NCBI RefSeq assembly: GCF_000150275.1
Contig: NW_002060949.1
Location: 2,415,836-2,479,835, forward strand
Direction of reading: 5' to 3'
Origin: Trichoplax adhaerens
Taxonomy: Eukaryota > Animalia > Placozoa
DNA length: 64,000 nt
The notes beneath the pieces were generated by a model. The model worked only from the letters and a program-made list of their open reading frames with translations, was not told the origin of the DNA and did no database searches. The position numbers were made by a program, and so were the translations under genes. Position 1 is the stretch's first letter; the number at the start of each line of letters is the position of its first letter. This document shows positions 26,568 to 40,555 of this stretch, piece after piece.

Positions 26568-29094
26568 TGTACAATGCGGCGATTTTTGCAAAAGGTCATT
26601 GGGAAGTTGAAAGTATCATAGATATTAATAATTCTAATGTAATAATTATAATAAACTCTTTCCAAACGTAAACTTCTCATTTCTTCGTGTCCCAGAAAGT
26701 GTGTCAATCTACGCTGGTATAATATTGGATATGATAAGGAAGGTTATCGATTATAAAGCTACGGTAAACAATAATATTAATCTGAGATGAGATTACAATA
26801 TATAATCTCTAGATTTGCTTCGTATAGTCATTAGACTACTTTATCGCTATATTTACACGTCAATGTCACTTTCGAGTAATGACTATGAAATAAAATACGC
26901 ATTTTGTTCGAAAATTTTGTCTTAGCTTGCAAGTCTCAAATATCGCTGGCTTTTTAGTAGTGCGATAAGTGGACAAGCATTCGTTAGTTTATTAATGTTA
27001 TGCTTATGTGCTATGACTTGAGTCTTGAATTTAAAACGTAATTCAGCGCTCATATTATGGGTTTATACTCGTATGATAACTTTACATGGATTTGGAGTTG
27101 TCTGAAAGCTGTGTAAAATCGCTAGACAAGTAGTAGCCACTGATTAGAATACGTTAGCTATCCTTATGCGTTGTAGATAAAATTTTGAATATAGAATACA
27201 ATCCTGTGTAAAGTGTACGAGTTAATATGCGTATTATAGCTGTACTGTACATACGAGATATTTAAAGTTATATGGACGGCTGTATGAGTTGCTAATGGTA
27301 GCATAACATGATGAGTAGGGATTGCATGCTTAAAAATTTTTACCCCAGGTACCTGCTTACTGATGAGTTTCCTTTAGGATTGTATACTTTCGGTATACTC
27401 TGGAACGAACTAATTACTACCTGTTTGTATTTGCCATTCAGTCATGTATGAGTTAGTGTGTGTTATGTTAATTATTAGGGTAGCTAGGGCATTAAAATTT
27501 AAAGTAGAATTTTCGACTAAAAACATTTTACTTCAAGCATGATACGGAAAATCGTCAATATGAGGCCAACAGGGACAGTTCTCAGCTTAGAGCACAATCT
27601 TATTCGCGTACACCTCTATCATAGATAGTAGGATTTAGATCTACTTGCTACGCATTTTTGCGTATCGATATTGGAATATAGCAGCATGGACATTGATTTC
27701 AATGTCGTATAACAGATACATCAAATGACTCATGATTGCGAATTCTTATTAACCTAGTGCCATACTCATCTTCTCTTATATTTAATAAGCCGAAAGTTTG
27801 TAATTGTGAATACTGACAAATAAGACCTTGAAATTAGCGCAATTAAAAATTGTCTATGCCGATTAAAACGTGAAACTTAAGCACTGTAATTGTGAATACA
27901 GCAGTGTTGTTAAAACTCCTCCAAATGTGTCGTATACTTGCTTGCCTGAGTTTATAGATATAGTGGAAACAGTACCATAGTCGTCATACGTGTAAGTACC
28001 TGTAATAAATGACATTTTGGCTGCCTATACCGTAATTAGATACCTGTGCAGAGTAAACTAAAGCATGCCGTCACAATTGTAACAATCTAATAGGGAAATT
28101 CGTTTAATTTTGAAATATTTAAGAGTGGACATCTTAGTCCACCGTTAGATAAAGTTTCGCTGATATTTTAAAATAGGTATTAGCTGACATTATATTTTTG
28201 TAATAACTACAAAAATGAATATGAAAGGACTGCTATTCTTTCATATATTATAAGTGAAAAATCAATAGCGAATCGGAGATGCAGCGCAATATTGTTTTAT
28301 TTTGTTTTCCATGGAAATTTAGCGTACACTATTGCTCAAATATGATCAGCATTTACAGGAAAGTGATACTATTTAAAACAAGTGAGATTATTACAGCATA
28401 CCACTTGATAAGAAAATATTACATAATATTAGACCAGTGTTACAATATGCTGTCATACACTGTATTATTAAATATAGCCGTATTAACAAGGTTAATGCTA
28501 CCCAAGCGCATCCGTGCAATATAATTATTTATTTGTTGAATCGGATAAAATTTACAATAATTATAACCATTCGTACGTACACTGTGTCTGGTGTATTAAT
28601 CGGCTACTCTACAGAAGTGCAAAAAAGTAATATTTAGGCTAGTTTTTGCTAGTACACATACACTTATTCATCAGCATGACCTGAAAAACTACTTATATAT
28701 ATACATGGCTTAACGACAGTAATTGCTAAGTATAATCTATTAGATTTGATATCGAATATCAAAATTAAAAAAATTTTAAAGAATCTAAACTATTTTGAGT
28801 CGGCTTCGTTTATGATGACTGTAAACTGGTGAAAACTCTCATAATATTAGCTTGGTTGAAGGCTTATTGAGTCTTCTCTAATATTAAAATATGTTATATG
28901 ATGGGCAATTAATTACAATGTTTAGTTTTACTGTCGTAATTACTATATATCTTAGCTATACAATGCATGCGTTAGGGCAAATATAAATCTCCGGTAGAAA
29001 ATTTGAGAATTTTGAATTAGTAATTAATTCCATTCCTTAACATAGTGTCATAATGATTACAGTTGTACAATATACATGAGTAGTTTTCGTTACA

Positions 29095-31710
29095 CTATTT
29101 GACACTAAAACTTTCGCCACAACCACAGGTACCAGTAATATTAGGGTTGTTAAATACAAAACCGCTATCCAAGATATTTGAAGTGTAGTCCATTTCCGTA
29201 CCAAGTATGGTTAATTGAGCCTTAGAGTCGATGTAAATCTTGACACCTAGAAGTATAGCAACATAATTAACATACAGATGGTACACTATGCATTATACTT
29301 TTTTACTACTATGAGGAATTAATGCTTAGTGATAATGAAGTGAAGCAGATATCAAATACGCTATAAATTTTAAACAACCACTCGTTTGAAGAAGATGATC
29401 AATTATTACATCGTATAATCTGAGGTAACATTGCTTGATAAATATTATGTACATGCAGCTAAATTAGAAGGCAATGATAAGTGGCTATATATGCGTGGTT
29501 ATAATTTACGAGAGTTGGAAAAATTATCTCTGAGTACAATATCGCTAAGTATTTACCGTCTTGGCTGACTTCTTCGTCAAATTTCTTCTTTGTGTCTGCA
29601 TATTCAAGAGTATATTGAAGACCATTGCAGCCACGAGCGCGAACACCAATTCGCAACGCTGCCTGTAAACCAATGTAGTTATAGGTATAATTAATTGATT
29701 GATAGATTCAGACAATTTTGTTTCATGCTGTTAACGATTTTGAAGCGTAAACTAAAAATGCCTCTAATGTAGTCATCAAGTGCAGTATGGGTTAGCATTC
29801 TTTGGAGTTTCAAAAGATTCATGTTCATGTAAGTAGATTTAGTAGCAGCATGGACACTGAGCGAATAATTTGAAGTATATGATTACTACTTTATTATTAA
29901 TCAATAATGTACATTTTATATTTATTTGCGATTGTAGATAAGTAATTTACTAAAAAACACAATTCTAAAGCAATATCTGCCAGGATAACAAGGTGTAGCA
30001 AGCAAGTACGATCATTTGAGATTGCATTATTTGGCTGATAATTATCATAAGAAATAGTACTGTACTATAGTGTATCAAAGTAAAGACTCTTGTAACCTGA
30101 GATGTTTGATTGGCTTAAAATGAGTAGAAAGTATTTTATCTAGTATAATTGATAATTAAGAATACTCATTAGGACATCGCTGTATTAGCGTTGTAGACGT
30201 CCGGCTAATTTATATTTGAATTATAATATAGCAAGGAATAATGACTTTTTAACCCAATTCTATTTCCGTAAAACAGTATGAAGGCAAAAGGGAGCTTATT
30301 AATATTACAGACTAGCACAGGATTATAAATAGAACACTTACCATAGCAGGATTATTATTCATCAGTTCCATGACTTTATCGACAGCGGCCCGTGTCTGTA
30401 ATTCCAAAGCAAAACATAGCTACCGTTAATATAATGAAATGACGAGTGTCAGATTAAGCTATCTAGTTAGCTGCTCCATTGAATATAAGTTTAGTAGCAG
30501 TAGACTATCCAGTATCAAGTGATTACAAGCGGATAGTGGGTGCATATTTTGATAGCTTTATTACTGTATTTCTAAATTAGTGATAACCCTGTATATCTAA
30601 ATTTGTGTTATACAGTCGGCATAATTCATTATAATAGAGTACGCTGTAATTATATCTAGAAGGCATCACTAGTCTCGAGAGTACTGTATAGCCTACAGTG
30701 GTTTAGTGGGTACAGTATAGGATAAAATCATTGCCATCCAAGTTACGATTTTTGAATTGATCATCATTGTTGTATTTCCGCTGAGTCGAGTAACTGTCTA
30801 TACGCTGTAGTATAGGGATGAAATACCAACTGTGCTCGTATCTTTGAATAGAAATTTGAATTATAGTGATACCACAGCGTCAAAATGAAATGGTGGATGA
30901 TGGTCTATTTCCTCTTCAAGAGTGAATCCATATTTGAAAATTTACTTGAGTGTAGTCAGAGACTACAAAGAAGAAAATGTCAGCAGTCTCTGATCAAGTC
31001 GTAATTAGGGATTGCACCTGGGTACTCGAGTAATTTAAATGGTGAATAGTAATGTCTTTTATTTATTTAAAATGATACTGTACATTTACCAACACCAACC
31101 AATCCTATCTAATTCTGGATTGGTAAATTAGCGTAAGTCAGTCTTGAAATGATCGCTATTTTATATCATAGATGACTGTAACGAGTCGATGAAAAATAGA
31201 CATTGCAATTGGATGTTGTCATGATGAAAATGTAGCTAGTGTACAGTACACCACAGTATCATGTATCAGATTGACTTTTCCGACCGACATTGATCATTCA
31301 TCCTACCAGTACAGTAGAATAGTGAAGAAATGATGCAAGACCAAAGTGGAATACTCCTTCTCTTCGAGTCGAGTGGCGATGATCAAGAGTGAAATAGATG
31401 ATTGATTCTAAAGTTTGACAGTAGCTATATCGAAAGTGAAGTTGATACGAAGGCTAAAAAATAGGAATCAAGATTTTGGCCAGTTAGTAGAGTCTCCTTG
31501 GGCAATTTCCGCTAGTGTCAAAACATTCCATTGGAGTGACAGTGTGACCATTGGACTCGACTCCACTCATTCTGGCTCTTCTATCAATTCAATCTACTGT
31601 ACAGTCTACACAGTTGAACATTGTTCAAAGCTTACCAGAGTTAAAGCTGCTCTTCTTGGGATAGTATTCCTTTGGCGTACAACTCGAATGCTTGCTCGTA
31701 GTGTTGCCAT
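29095..31710 (-). CDS. ISCA1: Mitochondrial iron-sulfur cluster assembly protein IscA1, 128 aa, exons 31636-31710, 30342-30395, 29557-29662, 29095-29246
   Basis: Arg-rich presequence MATLRASIRVVRQRNTIPRRAALTLT, then IGVRARGCNGLQYTLEY, LGTEMDY and FVFNNPNITGTCGCGESF. Phases are consistent. Confidence 0.95.
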
Positions 31711-32512
31711 TCGCTTTTTTTTTTTTGCCAGATAGAACCTTAACTTAATCAATTCTGCTTTCGACCATTACTCGGTTTCAACGAGAGTCACGTACGCCGT
31801 ATCGGATCAAGGGATAATAACTGTTCTCAAGCCCAAACCAGTACAGTAGTATGTACTGTACGTCCCATGGAATAACGCAACTTTACACTGTAGACTGAGT
31901 ACTGTAGGTGGAGTTGTACTGTATCAACAGGAATGATGTCAGTCTGTACCGGTCTGTTAAAGCACTTTTGTTCTGGTTTGACCGGTTTTAGCCATGATGC
32001 TGAGCTGGCGACTGGAGTAGAATGCGGCCCATTGAATCAAGCGTTTTCTATACGGTACACCATTTCTCCGAGTAGTGAGCAAGTAAGCAGTATATGCCAC
32101 TTGAATAGAATTGATCCGAGACATTTCTGTCAATAATAATTTGCTGAATGTCTCAAGTGATCTAGTTATTATTATTATGATTCATCTGATGTGAGATGTT
32201 GATGAATTAAGCCGATTTAGTCCAGTGTACGATTGGTTATTGGCTGTAAAACAGTCTACAGTACAGTATATTTTGGAGGAACTAGACTTCACTATTGTAA
32301 AGTAGAGTACAGTACTGTACATACTCTACAGTGCGCTGTACTTGGCATGATATCATTACTGAGCAAGTAATTGCATAAAGTAGACACTATATCATTGTCA
32401 GTTACGAATATTTGGATTCAATAAAGAAGATATTCCATTTTTTAGATCATGGCAGCGGTGTAACATAATGCGTTCAATTCTTTTTTGTATGCCATTTTTG
32501 AATCAGTAAACA

Positions 32513-32587
32513 ATGACGTCATAGCTTATACTGTAATTCTCCAAAAAGCACTGTGGACCACCCAAAAATTACTGTAAAATGGCTGCC
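32513..32587. promoter_or_regulatory. Candidate CRE (ATGACGTCAT) and YY1-like (AAAATGGCTGCC) sites in the divergent ISCA1/PLPP intergenic region
   Basis: Motif matches at 32513-32522 and 32576-32587. A second TGACGTCA lies at 45608-45615 in another divergent region. Motif match only. Confidence 0.35.
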
Positions 32588-33601
32588 TCAGTAAAAATAA
32601 CGGTCCGCCATTCAAACGATTATTTTACTATCTATTGGCATAGTACAGTACTGTACTGTACGCTCATGTTATGATGAGAATCTATCTTCGTAGATATCCT
32701 TCTATGGGTATATAGAAATACTATACAGGAATTTCAACGGAATTCAACTTTGATTTTTTAACGAAGGGGAGACATCGAAAATAATCAGATTGTACTGTAG
32801 AGTTGACACTCAGTACTGTACAGTGTACAGTACAGTACTCTGCACCTGTGCTTCGGTCCTTTTATACAGTACAGTACTGTACAGTACGTACAGTACCATA
32901 GATGGACTGCTAGGAAAATACTGTACTGTACCAGTTTTTCTTCTCCAGCAGTCTATGACTACTAATTTCTGACCCTCTCCTGTTGGGATAAAATACTGCA
33001 CGGGGACTTCTCGACCGTATTTACTTCCCTCTACTCTTTCCTGTATTTTAATCAGGGCTCCGAACAATGATATTGTCCATTGTGCTCAAGCTGTTCATCC
33101 TAATATAATATTAATGAAATCCTGTATTTAAAATGCTCATAGTAGAGATAAAAAAAAAAAAAGGAAAATTTGTTGACTAGTTCTTGCAACTATCATACAG
33201 TACAGTACTGTATAGTGAGCGATGGACATCAAAAATTGGGTAGAAATTTGAAACGGGCAAAATATTTAGTCAAGTGCAGGATACTGGTATGTATGGTACT
33301 AATCCAGAAGTAAGGTTGTACCTCGTACCAGTTATCATCATTCGATTCGACTCAAAATACTGCAGTTGGAGAAGTTTCTTCTATCGATCATCAATTTGCC
33401 CTAACACAGCCGCCAAGGATCGCCATCAGGCGTTTCTTCAATATCCATGGCGGTACACTACGCAGAATTGTTAATCGATATCATATGTTTTTAATAGATA
33501 ATTCTGATTGGCCAGATGATTGAAAAATTAAGATGGGCCCATTGCATTATACAGTACTTCACTACAAATCTCTTCTATTAATAATAAGGTTCATTAATTC
33601 C

Positions 33602-33910
33602 GATACAGTGCAAGGGCAAGCTCTTGCAAGAAGAGAGTAATAACAATTCCGTGATAAAGTTATTATTAATGATACTATTATCAATGATATACATGCTATT
33701 ATTGATCTGATACAGTGCTAGGGCAAGCTCTTACAAAGAAGAGAGTAACAATTCCATGATAAAGCTATTAATGATATACATGCTATTATTATAATTATAA
33801 TTATTGATCTTATACAGTGCTATCACTGCTAAGGCAAGCTCTTACAAAACTGCTATGGCAAGCTCTTACAAGAAAGAGAGTAATAATTACATAATAAAGC
33901 TATTAATAAT
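33602..33910. repeat. Three degenerate ~105-bp direct repeats upstream of the PLPP gene
   Basis: ATACAGTGC..GGCAAGCTCTTACAA..GAAGAGAGTAA..ACAATT..ATAAAGCTATTAAT occurs near 33602, 33709 and 33811. Confidence 0.85.
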
Positions 33911-34380
33911 AAATAAATCCATTAAATGAATTGTTACTTGAATGATAGAATGAGATAGAATGATACAGTACACTGTACAGTACGTAGTACAATATTAATT
34001 AGGAAGAGGACTAATTGTAATATTGATATAGAAGTATAAACTCATCTGGTTTTTTAATTCAGTAATACCCTAAACATTATCCACTGTCCAGTATAGTGTA
34101 CTGTACAGTACAGTTCAGTAGCTAATCATCCTAATTTAATTTAATAGAAGACTTGCATAGCGTGATTGGAAAGTTACTGTACGGAGTCAATAGTAAATAG
34201 GCGTACACTAGTAGTCAAATGATGACAATATTGATTGTTATTGATAACATACTTTAGAAATTACACAGTTCGACCTCTATTTTATTGGATCGCTGCTCTA
34301 ACTAGGCCTTTACATTTATCAGCCAAATACGTTATACGAAGCGAGGGGGTATTCAACAAAGTGAGGAAATAATTCCAATC

Positions 34381-37300
34381 ATGAAATCGGAAAATTCTAA
34401 ACTTCTTGTCGATTTCTTGGTGACACTCGTGACTGGCTTTTGTATTTTATTCATTCAAACATTGGCTACTCCTAGTCATCGTGGGTTTTTCTGCAATGAT
34501 GATTCTATTAAATATCCATACAAGCCTCATAGTACTGTGCCCAATATAGTTTTAATCCTTATGGACATTCTCTATCCTACGATTATGGTAAGTTTGTATC
34601 TAGATAAACTTGACGTACAGTTCATCCAGTATACTGTGTTGAACGAGTAGTTCGTTATTCTCCCTTCCCCTGGTTCCCCCAATTTATCGGAAAATATCGA
34701 TGACCAAATCGTCATCGCTAGCTAGATAAGCTTAATCTTAAGCCGAAATTGTTTCTCTTTTAAAAATTAAAGTTGCTCATTTATCTGATAACGAAAAAGT
34801 ATTCATACATTTTATACAATAAAAATCATTGAAATAAAGCCTACCATTCTATCAAGTGTCTATCAGTATAAAGATAGACCTTTCTCTTCTTTTTTATTCT
34901 CAGTTTTACCTATGCGTAATAGTAATTAATTATCCAGATCAAACAGTGTTGTGCAATCTTTCTCAATTATACTGGTTCTAAAACTATTTTGCAATGTTTA
35001 TGAATTGTTTTGAATTACTTGTACAGTACTCTTACTGTATTTCATCAAGCTGTAGGATTAGTGTTCTATCTTGTGCATAGTAATGTAGTCGTCGGGGAAA
35101 AATTATATTCTATTGCAAACAATACATGAAAATACAGTACGTGAGAAAGTATGGCAGGCTATAAAATAGTTGAATATTCTGAAGAGTACAGTATCGACTT
35201 ATTGTTACAACGGTTGTTCCAGTAGAAAGCTGTATACGATTCATTTTTATCAAATTGGTGGAAAGTAAATAAATACAACTGAATGATCGAATTGGCATCA
35301 CGCCTTTTAAAGTTGGATAGAAGTCGAATCTGGATTTTGTTGTTTATTTTCACCTTGTGTTGCAATTTGTGGAAAAGTAGCGGCGATGCGGTTTAAATGA
35401 TACAGTAAATGCATGTGTATCTCGAGGATATTATAATGCACGTATGTGTTAGTGTTATCTCTAAAAACGAGAAAAAGGGACTGTCACACTCATTGCCGCT
35501 CCGCTACCACGTATAAACTAATCTTTATTCTTATCCTCTAGGAGATTTGTATGATTCATAAGTGTATCTGTTGATAGATCCGAACCGAAATAAAACTAAT
35601 CATAGACAGTCATACAACTACTCTTGAAAATGTATGAGACAAGTAGACTAACACCATACATGTGGTACCAAACAAACTGTAAACCGTAACAGTTAGTAAA
35701 GCACAAATGATGTCAGAAATTGACCTTTCTACATTAAATTAAATTTTTAGCAGTATTACAAGCGTTACTTGATGTCACTTCAAAGACTACACATTTCGGA
35801 ATTGTACCAAGATGTAAAATTGTTACAGAAATGTTGTTTAATATCAATAGCCAGCCGTGGGGCAGACGATACAATCAAAAGTATCAGGATTTATCTACTT
35901 TACTACAATGTTAATCTGTCGTTAGTTTAGCAATTGTTTTAATTTATTTCACTTTTCAAATACGTAACACAACAGGATAAAATTGGACTACTGTTTTTAT
36001 TCAACGTAGCAAAAACTAACATTACAACACATTTCAGTAATTGAGTAGTATTGCAACTTTCTGCAATGCTACGTAGTAAGATACGTAATTTCTCTAATAA
36101 TAGAATTGCAAATAAAATAATTTTCCATTACGGTAGGGATACGAGTATAACTTAAACCATTGATCCGTTAACTTTGTAAATTCCCCTTTTTTTTCATATT
36201 TCAGTATTTATCAATACGGTACTGAAAATGTAAATACAGTTAGCACAGTATGTGAAGACTGTACCAATATAATTGGACCGGATATTACAGCATAGTTACC
36301 CATAACAATACAATTAATGATTTCATTTTTAAGGCTTTTCACAATTTTAAGCAGCAAGCCTTTATTAATTAATTATTAATACTTGTTTTATCATTTTATA
36401 ACATTCTCTTCTGTTAATACATAATTATTACTTATGATTATCATTAGATTCTTACCTTCGAAACGCTTAAAAATAAATTCCCCACAAATTCAATGCCTGG
36501 TAACCCTCTCTCGGGACAATATCGATTTACGCGATATACTTGGAACCTGATCTTAAGCATGCTGTTTGGTTTGGCTACCACTTTCGTTTTAACTGATTCC
36601 GCCAAGTTTCTTGTAGGCAGTTTACGCCCAAACTTTTTGGCTCTTTGTCAGCCGGATTTTAGCAAAATTAACTGTAGTGTAGGTTATGTCACTCAATATA
36701 CTTGCTTGGGAACTCAAACTAGACAAATAAAAGATGCTCGGTAAGCAATGCTTTTAGTCTTTTGCGTACACTTGATAGATTTTTTCTCAGAATCGAGTAG
36801 TACAGTATACTGTACAGTAAGTAGATGCGTATACGCACCAGTTTACATTAAACGCACAATACTATGGTCATAGGGATGTAAGTAAACTATAGGTCTTAAA
36901 TATACACCACACCCACTATACCATACTATATACAGTATATATATCTTATTAATTTATCATTGAATTATTTCGCTTATGTTATAAAATCATATTGATCTGT
37001 TAGATTATCATTTCCGTCTGGTCACGCATCCACTAGTGCTTATGCTATGGTATTCAGTGCGGTAAGTTTTGTACAAAATGCCTTTCTTGAGTATTACTCA
37101 ACAGGCAACAGTACATGCTAAATCTAGTGCCAAACTGAAATTTAGAGATAGTAATCGCTGATAGCCTACGAACATAACTCCATCTAATCGATATGGTGCA
37201 AACTTTCAGATTTACCTAGAATCTGTTTGGAAGTGGAAAAATTTAACGGCTCTCAAGGGTCTTTTGCAAGGAATATCCCTCTTATTGACTTGGTTATGCG

Positions 37301-37933
37301 GGTTATCCCGTGTTCATGATTATCGCCATCGATGGATTGATGTACTGACTGGTTTTATTCTTGGTATATCTATTGCATTTTTCACGGTAAATACGTGATT
37401 TGTAGATTACATGCCATAACAATACAGAATGCAGTAAACTAGAGTCAAAGTGTGATTATAGTATAATACTAGTCCTCAATACGGTTGCTAGGTCATCGTC
37501 TTGTTTACTTTCTAATACATTGTATGCTAGACAGTATAATATTTATAGCGGTATATACTGTACATTGTATTAGTGGCTGTTAACAATTACGTTTTATAAC
37601 GAACGATGTGCATTATAGCCTTTAGGTATAACGTAGTTTGCAGGTAAATTAATATCTAGAATACCGTTTTTTAACTCGTAGGCATTTAAGGCTTTAAATC
37701 TGTTGCGTGATAGTCTTTAGGTATAACGTAGTTTTTCAGGTGACTAACTATCTGAAATACTTCTTCTTAAATCGCAGGCAATGAAGATTTGCAATTTAAA
37801 TCTGTTCGAAAACAATGGTGAAAAAAATAAGACTGAAGTTGATGCTATTACTTTCGTTGAAAGTAACCCTGTAGATTTAGAACGAAAACAAGCAAGAACC
37901 TTTGCCGATGATAACGATGAAAGACCAATCTAG
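34381..37933 (+). CDS. Phospholipid phosphatase (PAP2/LPP, PLPP1-3/wunen-like), about 296 aa, exons 34381-34587, 36448-36740, 37004-37061, 37210-37386, 37778-37933 (possible alternative last exon 37682-37720)
   Basis: N-terminal RGFFCNDDSIKYPY; catalytic motifs C1 KFLVGSLRP, C2 SFPSGH and C3 SRVHDYRHRWIDV are intact. Phases are consistent. Confidence 0.93.
37615..37806 (+). repeat. ~95-bp tandem duplication spanning the last acceptor of the PLPP gene
   Basis: TTTAGGTATAACGTAGTTT..CAGGT..TATCT..AATAC..TTAA.TCG(T/C)AG|GCA..AAG..TTTAAATCTGTT is present twice. Confidence 0.85.
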
Positions 37934-38453
37934 TTAGACTAAGAGAAACAGCTACGTTAGATGTCGTTTCTCTATATTAAATCTTAAAATCTAAATACAA
38001 AGAGTCGAGTACTTGCTATCTCATTAATGCCTCCGATATGATAACAGATATAGCAATACAATAACTTTTTCGCTCAACCATGTAATTACTTTTATTAATT
38101 GTACCTGGAATATTTATCTTAGCGGAGGTAAAAATTGATGCAAAGTTACATAGTTATAATGTAGGCATGTTTATTCCATTGCTTTAATAAAATTGTAATC
38201 TACGTAAATAGTTGTTCTGAAATCTTGTTCACTAAAATGCATAGTCGTATGCAAGGCTATAAGATCATACTAAAATAAATAAAAAATAGGTAGCAATTTT
38301 ACAGTTACAGTAGCACAATTACGAAATTTCAAAGATAGTCTCTTTGAATATAACTTTAGATCACAATTAGCTCTTTGTTGGAATATATCAATATCGAAAT
38401 ATGCAAGATTCGTCTAAATGAAATGGCTGTGTTGTGGATAAAACTGTTGTGTT

Positions 38454-40555
38454 CTATTCTTTGTTATCAGAATTTTTTCTCATTGCTCTTTTTTCCTCTA
38501 GCATTTTTTGCCTAAGCTCTTTCATACCAATATAACTACCAGGCAATTTCTAAAAATACCAATAACTAGTTTAATTATTTAGAAATAATATTGTTGAAAT
38601 AAAAGAATTTCAATAGTACTAATAGATGAGATAGAATATTGATTATTACCCGTCCTTCTTCTCCCAATTCATAAATCTTAGCCTGTAAGATATCGAAACA
38701 ACGTATCAATTTGTTTTAATGCAGTATCTTCAGCATAGAACAAAACTAATTATTTTGATAATGAAATTTGTTACTATATCTGAAAGTTAGCGAAAAACAA
38801 GTTATACGCGCAGCTACCATAATACAAATAATATCAATACTAATTAAAATGTGCAATAAATTGAAACATCTCTATGTATTTAATAGCTTCATTTTCAAAC
38901 GTTAACCGAATACTAGAAGATTAGAAGTAATTGATGTACATTGTACAGATGCATAGTATATGATTCAAAACTGAGACGTGCTAAATTGATTGTTATTTCC
39001 TACTACGTATGTACCTTAGTTGAAGAAATAATAGTACACAAATTTCTATCTTTGTATGTTAAAAAATAATTTTATAAGCTTCTGGCATCAATCCGAACTA
39101 TAATGGTTAGTATCCACTCATGCTGCATTAAAATTTAGTCTATGATAATTGCATGCTGTGCAATGAAATTTCTACAGCTGAATTGGCCTTAAATTATGTT
39201 TTACAGTATAATATTTAATACGTGCACTTTAAATTTCATTCTCACAAATTTACCCGTTTATTTTCTACCCATTTTTCATACCAATCAGGTTTATTAAAAT
39301 AGTAGAATATAGCAACAGGGAAGAAGACATAAATAGTCATCTGTAAAATAAAAAGCAACAAATTACATAAGTATCATATAGATGCTTTAAAATTTTTAAA
39401 CTGGTTTTTACCAACTTCGTAAACTACCTTACATAATAGCTTACGTTATAATCTAGAATCAATCGAAGACTTTCTACCTCCTATAAATTTACTATAGCGC
39501 TTTTCTTGGTGATACAATTATTTCAAAATTAAGGGAATACAACATTACCCGAAACAAGCTTTATCTTACTATGTTTATAGCGTTAATTAGATTTTCTCTC
39601 AGAATAATGTTTCACTTTATTACGTATGCAAGATTTGTAGTTAAAAGCTATTTACATTTTACTATCTCCTGTACTAGAGATTGTCTATCGAATGTTTCAA
39701 AATATTAAATTAATACCGATATATAAAAGTATAAATCGTATGATTTTGAACACTATACAGTAGATCCGGCAATTATAAAGTGATAACATAGGTTTTTAGA
39801 ATAATTTATGAGCATGATCAGTCGAATATTATGTATGATTTAGACGGAATAAGAGGTAGAGCATGGATTTGTGGTCTAAACTGGAATTTAGCAACGAGAA
39901 ATGAAACGCATACTAGACGGTATTATTACTGCAAAGAAGTTATACGCGTATATAGATTACTATTGATTTGCACGATTTCCTAGAAGTGATATTGCAGCTA
40001 AGCGCCTGGGCTGTAGGATTTGCAATTTCTTCTGCTTAGGATTATTCTAATTTAGAAATACGAGTATACACTGCACTGGCCTACGTATCTCCAGCTTTTA
40101 GCTTTCTATAACGCATACTCAAAGACATTAACGCCAGTTGGATACCTAAAAGCCTTGACTGAACTCTTATCTTAACATCATAAATACTGCACATGTAAGA
40201 CTAGTTTGATCATTGGTAAATTGCTTTCTCATGAAGTCACTGGCAGATCAATGTGTATCCTAACTAGCCACATGATTTGGTCCCTAAATGCACTTAAGAA
40301 CTAAATTTATTCTGTTGTACTCTACACGCACTAATGGAAAGTGTACGAAATTCACCGGCTGATATCATACCGTCAATACTATGTCCCTTGCCAAATACTG
40401 TGTAAGGATCTCTAGTCCATACTTTTCCAAAATCTACTTACTATATATATATAAGGATATACCATGATGGTTTATAGTGCTGCAAGTAATCAATGTAGCA
40501 TTACAGTATAATGGAAGGGTTTACTTACGCGAAATAGCTCAATCTTGTTTCCCAT
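38454..40555 (-). CDS. PET100: Cytochrome c oxidase assembly factor PET100, 80 aa, exons 40529-40555, 39254-39340, 38650-38682, 38454-38549 (absent from the ORF track)
   Basis: MGNKIELFR|MTIYVFFPVAIFYYFNKPDWYEKWVENKR|AKIYELGEEGR|KLPGSY... fits the PET100 pattern MGxKxExFRMxxYxxFPVAxF. All introns are phase 0. Confidence 0.9.
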
